A DNA stretch of 12,259 bases from Octopus sinensis (taxonomy: Eukaryota), in NCBI RefSeq assembly GCF_006345805.1, contig NW_021826574.1, positions 1 through 12,259 on the forward strand. The letters run 5' to 3'. The notes beneath the pieces are model-generated. The model was not told the DNA's origin. It saw nothing but the letters and a program-made list of their open reading frames with translations, and did not search any database. Shown here one piece after another: positions 7,669 through 12,259 of the stretch. Position numbers and translations under genes: made by a program. The first letter of the stretch is position 1; each line of letters begins with the position of its first letter.

Positions 7669-7925
7669 CAGATATAAGTTAATGTAATACAAGGCATCAC
7701 GGGACGTGTCAAAATGGGAATATTCTACGTGGTTGCTCAACATGCTAGAAATAGCAACCAAATCAATCTTTCTCCAATCGTAAATTTCCGTATTAAAAAG
7801 ATAGACAGCCAGACATAAGTTAATGTATTCCAAGACATACCTAAAAAAGGTGGTATTGTCACAACAGGAATGCATTTGGTTAAACATTTTTGCTAGCTAA
7901 GGGTCGATCTAGTGGACCAAACAAT
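7423..7925 (+). mobile_element. Two decayed tandem copies of repeat family D; the first is split by ~100 bp plus (GA)29
   Basis: TCTACGTG...CTCAACA.GC.AGAA.TA.CAACC.AATC...CTCCAATCGTA.ATTTCC.TATTA at 7423-7490 and 7723-7800; CAGA.ATAAGTTAATGTA.T.CAAG at 7669 and 7810. Confidence 0.6.
7607..7664. repeat. (GA)29 microsatellite
   Basis: Perfect 58-bp run. Confidence 0.98.
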
Positions 7926-8057
7926 TACACAACTACACAGCAACAACTAGAAGGGGAAAAACAGATTTCGTATGAATCAATCCTGAACGGAGAAACAAGC
8001 AATTAACTTTAACTTTTCAGAGTAATGTCTACAATTCACATTGAGCTGGAGAGTCTC

Positions 8058-8150
8058 TATGTGGTTGCTTGCCATGCAAGACATAGCAGTCGAAATATCT
8101 TTCAAATTACACTTTATCATCTCGGAAAATGATGAACTCAGTGGACAGTC
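8058..8150 (+). mobile_element. Repeat family D fragment
   Basis: GTGGTTGCTTGCCATGCAAGACATAGCAGTCGAAATATCTTTCAAATTACAC is similar to 4778 and 7729. Confidence 0.5.
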
Positions 8151-8199
8151 TAATCAGACACACACGCACGCACGCACGCAAACGCACACAGACCTGTAT

Positions 8200-8362
8200 G
8201 TGTGGTTATGGTATTAAACTCAAGATCGTCTAATTGTAGTTTCGATTTCTGGATTGGGTGATACGTTGTGTTCTTGAGTAAAGCACTTCATTTCACGTTG
8301 CTCCAGTCCACCCACTGGTAGAATTGAGTAATCTTGTGACGGACTGGTACCATCCAGGAGAG
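8200..8362 (+). mobile_element. Decayed tRNA-derived SINE (family E)
   Basis: Remnant head TGTGGTTATGG...GTTTCGATTTC (B-box-like), then TTCTTGAGTAAAGCACTTCATTTCACGTTGCTCCAGTCCAC and GTGACGGACTGGTACCATCCAGG. These resemble CORE/Meta- and V-type SINE domains (recalled similarity). Confidence 0.65.
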
Positions 8363-8363
<1 letters not shown>

Positions 8364-8412
<49 letters not shown>

Positions 8413-8416
8413 TATA
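8364..8416. repeat. (TA)n microsatellite
   Basis: Directly visible. Confidence 0.97.
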
Positions 8417-8932
8417 GCAGTATCGCCCGGCGTTGCTCGGGTTTGTAAGGGAAATAACTATATAAGCATTTTTAGAGAGTTACTTCCCTTATAGATGCCA
8501 ATTCGGGCTTTCTTAGCCATTTCTGTTTTGGTGTCTTCAAGCCATAAATCGTTGTTCTAAAAGACCCTGGTCTCCTTGACACGCTTTTTACGACGTTGAT
8601 TTCCTTACACTCCTTTCCCACAGCTTCACGAGGGAGGGAAGAGGGGGAGAAGCAAACAGGTTCAGGTGTGACCATGGACGCCAACTCATTGACGCCATCG
8701 CCGCCATCGACACACGAAAAATTATGCATTAATGGAATAAAAAATGATGTTAAATTATTTTTTAAAATCGTAGACCATCGTAGACGCGCGCTAATACTCA
8801 GACGGGCTCGATATGAATCACAACTATAAGATACCCGAATTTGGTTAAACTGCACCACAAAATGTGGGAGTAGTTAGGAATCTAAATCGAAGGGGACAGA
8901 CACTCACACAACTACAGTTTTATATATATAGA
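8414..8932 (-). mobile_element. Non-autonomous Helitron-like element (~520 bp)
   Basis: Minus strand begins A|TCTATATATATAAAACTG (5'-TC after host A 8933) and ends with the GC-rich hairpin CCCGAGCAACGCCGGG (8426-8441) 8 nt before CTA(T). The last base deviates from CTRR and merges with (TA)n. No TIR or TSD, as expected for Helitrons. Confidence 0.75.
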
Positions 8933-9007
8933 TATATGCCACAGAATCCGGAAAACCAGCCTTATGAGCCTATGCCCCAGGAAGGACGTTTGATCCTTTT
9001 TTAATGT

Positions 9008-9423
9008 GACGCAGGTATGGCTGTGTGGAAAGAAGCTTGCTTCCCGACCACATGGTTCCGGGTTCAGTCACACTGCATGGCACCTTGAGCAAGTGTCTTC
9101 TACTATAGCCTGAGGCCGATGAAAGTCTTGTGAGTGGGTTTGGTAGACGGAGGCTGAAAGAAGCCCGTTGTATGTATGCATATGTATGTATATATCTATG
9201 TGTGTGTGTGTGTCTTTGTTCGTCCCCTACCATCACCGCTTGAAACCGGTGTTGGTGTGTTTACGTCCCCGTAATATAGCGGTTCGGCAAAAGTGACCGA
9301 TAGAATATGCACTAGGCTTAAAAAAACTAAGTCCTGGGTCGCTTTGTTCGACCCAAGCACTTCAAGGCGGTGCTCCAGCATGGCCTCAGTCTGATGACTG
9401 AAACAAGTAAAAGAATAAAAGAA
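9008..9423 (+). mobile_element. Full-length SINE family A copy, opposite orientation to the other copies
   Basis: GACGCAGGTATGGCTGTGTGG (A box), GGTTCAGTCAC (B box), tail GGCGGTGCTCCAGCATGGCC...GAAACAAGTAAAAGAATAAAAGAA; ~84% identical to the 1827-2229 copy over the first ~165 nt (manual count, 26 mismatches). Confidence 0.92.
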
Positions 9424-9428
9424 TGCCT

Positions 9429-9531
9429 GTATATATATATATATATATATTTATCAACGTCACTCCTGCACACTACTCTGCACATGTATGTGATATACAT
9501 ACATATATACATAATATATATATATATAATA

Positions 9532-9616
<85 letters not shown>

Positions 9617-9620
9617 CATA
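9429..9620. repeat. Interrupted (TA)n tract
   Basis: Directly visible; explains the YI-repeat ORFs 9327..9720. Confidence 0.95.
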
Positions 9621-9779
9621 TGCAGGAGTGACCTTGATAAAAGACTTGTTCAATGAAAACGGACATAGGGCTGAACAACAAAGGCATCAGTCAGAACCTG
9701 ACCAATACACAAGACGTTAACTTCACAATTTAGCCCGAAAAAGGGTTTGATAGTTGTTAAGTATGATAATTTCTAATAT

Positions 9780-9988
9780 CGTTTCTACTAAAGGCACGAG
9801 ACCTGAATTTAGCGGGAGGGGACTATTAGATTACATCGACCCCAGTGAAACACTAGTACTTAATTTATTGACCCGAAAGGATGAAAAACAAATTCGACCT
9901 CGGCGGAATTTGAACTCAGAACGTAATTACGGAAGAAATGCCGCTAAGCATTTTGCCCGAGGTGCTAATGATTGTCAACTCACTGCCT
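9780..9988 (-). mobile_element. Monomeric SINE family B copy
   Basis: Collinear with 2949-3114 plus head; intact B box GAGTTCAAATTCC on the minus strand. Confidence 0.88.
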
Positions 9989-10019
9989 CTTTGATGATCA
10001 TTTTTAATATCGGAATGTA

Positions 10020-10546
10020 TTGGGTTATCCGGAAAGTTGGTGGCCGATTTTTAAAGGAAAGAAAAGGTCAATAAATACTTGCCATTTTTTTTTTTTAATC
10101 ACCAATATAAACCATTTTGTTTTGCACAATGTGTCTCCATCTTTCCTTTAACTTGAAAATAACCGTCTTCCCAGAATTGAGGTGGTTTCATGGCAAAGAA
10201 TTCATCAGGTATCTTTTACGTCATCCAGAAATTGAAATTTTTACCATAAGACTATTCTGCAGAGATCTGAATAAGTGGAAATCCGAAGGAGCAATATCTG
10301 GTGAATATGGAGGGTGGAGGTTCCCAAGCATCAAGTGCCGAAAATGAACTTTCTTATCTTCCATTTTAAAGGGTTACAGAATTAACACAGTTATAGGAAC
10401 ATAAACCTTCTTCCCCACGAAAGATAGCTTAAACTGTGCTCTAAATGGAGGTGTAGTCAAATCCTATTTTATGGACTCAACCATGTTCTAAAATAAGTCG
10501 AAAGGTAAGCTACTATAAATTGGCATGAACTTTCTGGACAACCCAA
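10020..10546 (-). mobile_element. Internally deleted mariner (Tc1/mariner) transposon, 527 bp
   Basis: TIRs TTGGGTTATCCGGAAAGTT... (10020-10050) and TTGGGTTGTCCAGAAAGTT... (rc of 10517-10546), 17/19 identical at the tips; TA TSD at 10018-10019 and 10547-10548; transposase remnants inside. Confidence 0.95.
10095..10364 (-). pseudogene. Mariner transposase remnant: N-terminus fused to C-terminus
   Basis: ATG 10364 reads MEDKKVHFRHLMLGNLHPPYSPDIAPSDFHLFRSLQNSL, containing the mariner YSPD(L/I)APSD catalytic motif. A frameshifted continuation reads ...EFFAMKPPQFWED/IFKLKERWRHIVQ... to TAA 10095-10097. Confidence 0.92.
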
Positions 10547-10680
10547 TAATTTTTGATAGCACGCAGTGAAGGACCCACCAGCACATACACTTAAGTGACA
10601 TATGCTTATGTCTGAAAAATTTCACTAAATGTCATAAAAATATTTAGAGAACTTTGCAAAGATTTACCAAAGAATATTCA

Positions 10681-10865
10681 TTTCAAACTTTGGCACAAGG
10701 CCAGAAATTTCGACCCCAGTGATCAACTGGTACTTATTTTATCGACCCTTAATGGAAGAAAGGCAAAGACGACCTTGGCAGAATCTGAACCAAGAATGTA
10801 AAGACGGACGAAATGCTGTTTGGCATTCTGACAGGCGTAATAACGATTCTGCCAGTTCGCTGTCT
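10681..10865 (-). mobile_element. Decayed monomeric SINE family B copy with a ~25-bp internal deletion
   Basis: GGCACAAGGCCAGAAATTT joins directly to CGACCCCAGT, skipping the G-rich segment present at 9811-9836; the rest is collinear. Confidence 0.8.
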
Positions 10866-10951
10866 TAAATTTATCAGAGAATATTACAGAGTAAAATAAT
10901 AATGCTTTTCATACGATTGTAAAGGCTTTATGGAGATCCTACAATAGTTAC

Positions 10952-10958
<7 letters not shown>

Positions 10959-10989
<31 letters not shown>

Positions 10990-11034
10990 GCACGCACACA
11001 CACACACACACACACACATACACACACACACACA
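10959..11034. repeat. (CA)n/(CGCA)n microsatellite
   Basis: Directly visible. Confidence 0.97.
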
Positions 11035-11707
11035 TGATAGTATCAAGATGTGTGTGTGTTTCTAGGCATAATATGACCGGATGGTTAAGATGTCCGTCAG
11101 AGCTCATTTAAACAAGCGATCAACCATTGTGTCGAGTGTCGTTATAGGCATTCGAAATCTGCCAATAAACAAAGTCGAGAAGGAATCTCATTTGTCTAGT
11201 GTAGTGTTATTTGTAGCAGTAATACTTTCCTCCTTTCTCTTCTCACATTCTTCATCGCCTGGCAAAAACGTGAATTTAAATATTTAAAAAATATTGGAGA
11301 AATTATGCAGAAGCATCATCTAATTGAAAATTTTAACTAAAATATTAGAAAGCCATCTGGTACATTAATTTTTAAACGGCCAATTTATTATAAATAAATA
11401 ATCCATGCACGCTCACAATTTCGCCATCAAGACATTGATGTAGAAATGGATTATCTTAAATGGATTATCTCAACTTTAAACGTTAACCGAGGTTTTGAAT
11501 GAGTTTTCTAAATGTACTATATTTCACACGAACTTTGACGAGGCCGTTTTACGCCGAAATACCATGGATTTTATTTATTTATTTATTTAGCTAGTTAGTT
11601 ACTTTAACTAAATTGTTCATAAAAAAATTATGCACCAGGTGGCTTCCTTATATTTTTTTCAAATATTTATCTATATGATGCTTATGCACAATTCTCTAAT
11701 ATTATAT

Positions 11708-11774
11708 CTGCCTGCCTGCTGCTTGCCTGCATGCCTGCTTGCCTGCCTGCCTGCCTGCTTGCCTGCCTGCCTGC

Positions 11775-11847
<73 letters not shown>
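11708..11847. repeat. Compound (GCCT)n-(CTAT)n microsatellite
   Basis: Directly visible. Confidence 0.97.
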
Positions 11848-12062
11848 ACGTTCGCTCATGTGCACTCCAGCAGCTTATGTTACTAACACCACCAGACTGA
11901 ACAATATTTTCGGAAGGTGTCGAAATTGTGATGATATTTGGTCAGTAACTGATGAGGAAGGGGAATATGTTTTCGCGTCCACTGTGTGTATTTCTTCCAG
12001 TTTTCCGTATGTTCCTTCGCCGTCCTCTTGTGCCGCATTATGATTAATACAGATGTGTGTGC

Positions 12063-12115
12063 ATATATATATAATAATATATATATATATATATATATAT
12101 ACATACATACATATG
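12063..12115. repeat. (TA)n/(TACA)n microsatellite
   Basis: Directly visible. Confidence 0.95.
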
Positions 12116-12259
12116 TACGTAACTATGTGTAATGTTAACACATATGTATACGTACATAAGTGCTGGGTCGCGCGCGCGAGTGTGTAAGGTTAGGAATTAA
12201 AAAAAGAAAAAAAATCAAATTTTAGCATTTAGTTAAATCATGCAACCTACACGTTCAAA

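Noticed and set aside
8472-8858. 128-aa ORF (and 8596..8829) as a Helitron Rep/helicase remnant
   Set aside because: No HUH or helicase motifs; the element is non-autonomous.
9626-9720. Protein-like frame VTLIKDLFNENGHRAEQQRHQSEPDQYTRR*
   Set aside because: No polypyrimidine tract before the AG; the resemblance to a LINE ORF2 segment does not extend beyond ~12 residues.
12001-12021. GEGTYGK resembling a protein-kinase glycine-rich loop (minus strand)
   Set aside because: Preceded by Asp instead of a hydrophobic residue, no conserved Val after it, no VAIK lysine, and the frame ends within ~45 codons.
12168-12179. TCGCGCGCGCGA palindrome with Z-DNA potential
   Set aside because: Only (CG)5 beside TG/TA repeats; too short to support a functional claim.

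Overview
Eukaryotic, AT-rich, repeat-dominated non-coding DNA (intron or intergenic). The SINE families look like those of octopus, so a cephalopod origin is inferred from recalled family sequences, not from a search. There is no intact long protein-coding gene, rRNA, true tRNA or CRISPR array, and most ORFs in the supplied track are microsatellite artefacts. Roughly half the window is mobile-element derived: (i) about ten tRNA-headed SINE copies or fragments from at least four families, two with clear target-site duplications and one dimeric; (ii) the 3' end of a decayed L1/Tx1-clade LINE with a SINE nested in its 3' UTR; (iii) a 527-bp internally deleted mariner with TIRs, TA TSD and YSPDIAPSD motif; (iv) a ~520-bp non-autonomous Helitron-like element; (v) two small inverted-repeat elements. 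There is also a recent 241-bp tandem duplication and a decayed ~19-21-bp minisatellite. A few short + strand segments have good splice signals (2610-2694, 5835-5963, 7321-7357) and may be exons of a host gene; one encodes NGIPNWVYEE, close to a DPP4/FAP motif. These exon calls are tentative. I see no evidence for a new multi-gene system; the interesting points are TE-level and possible splicing or RNA-editing features.
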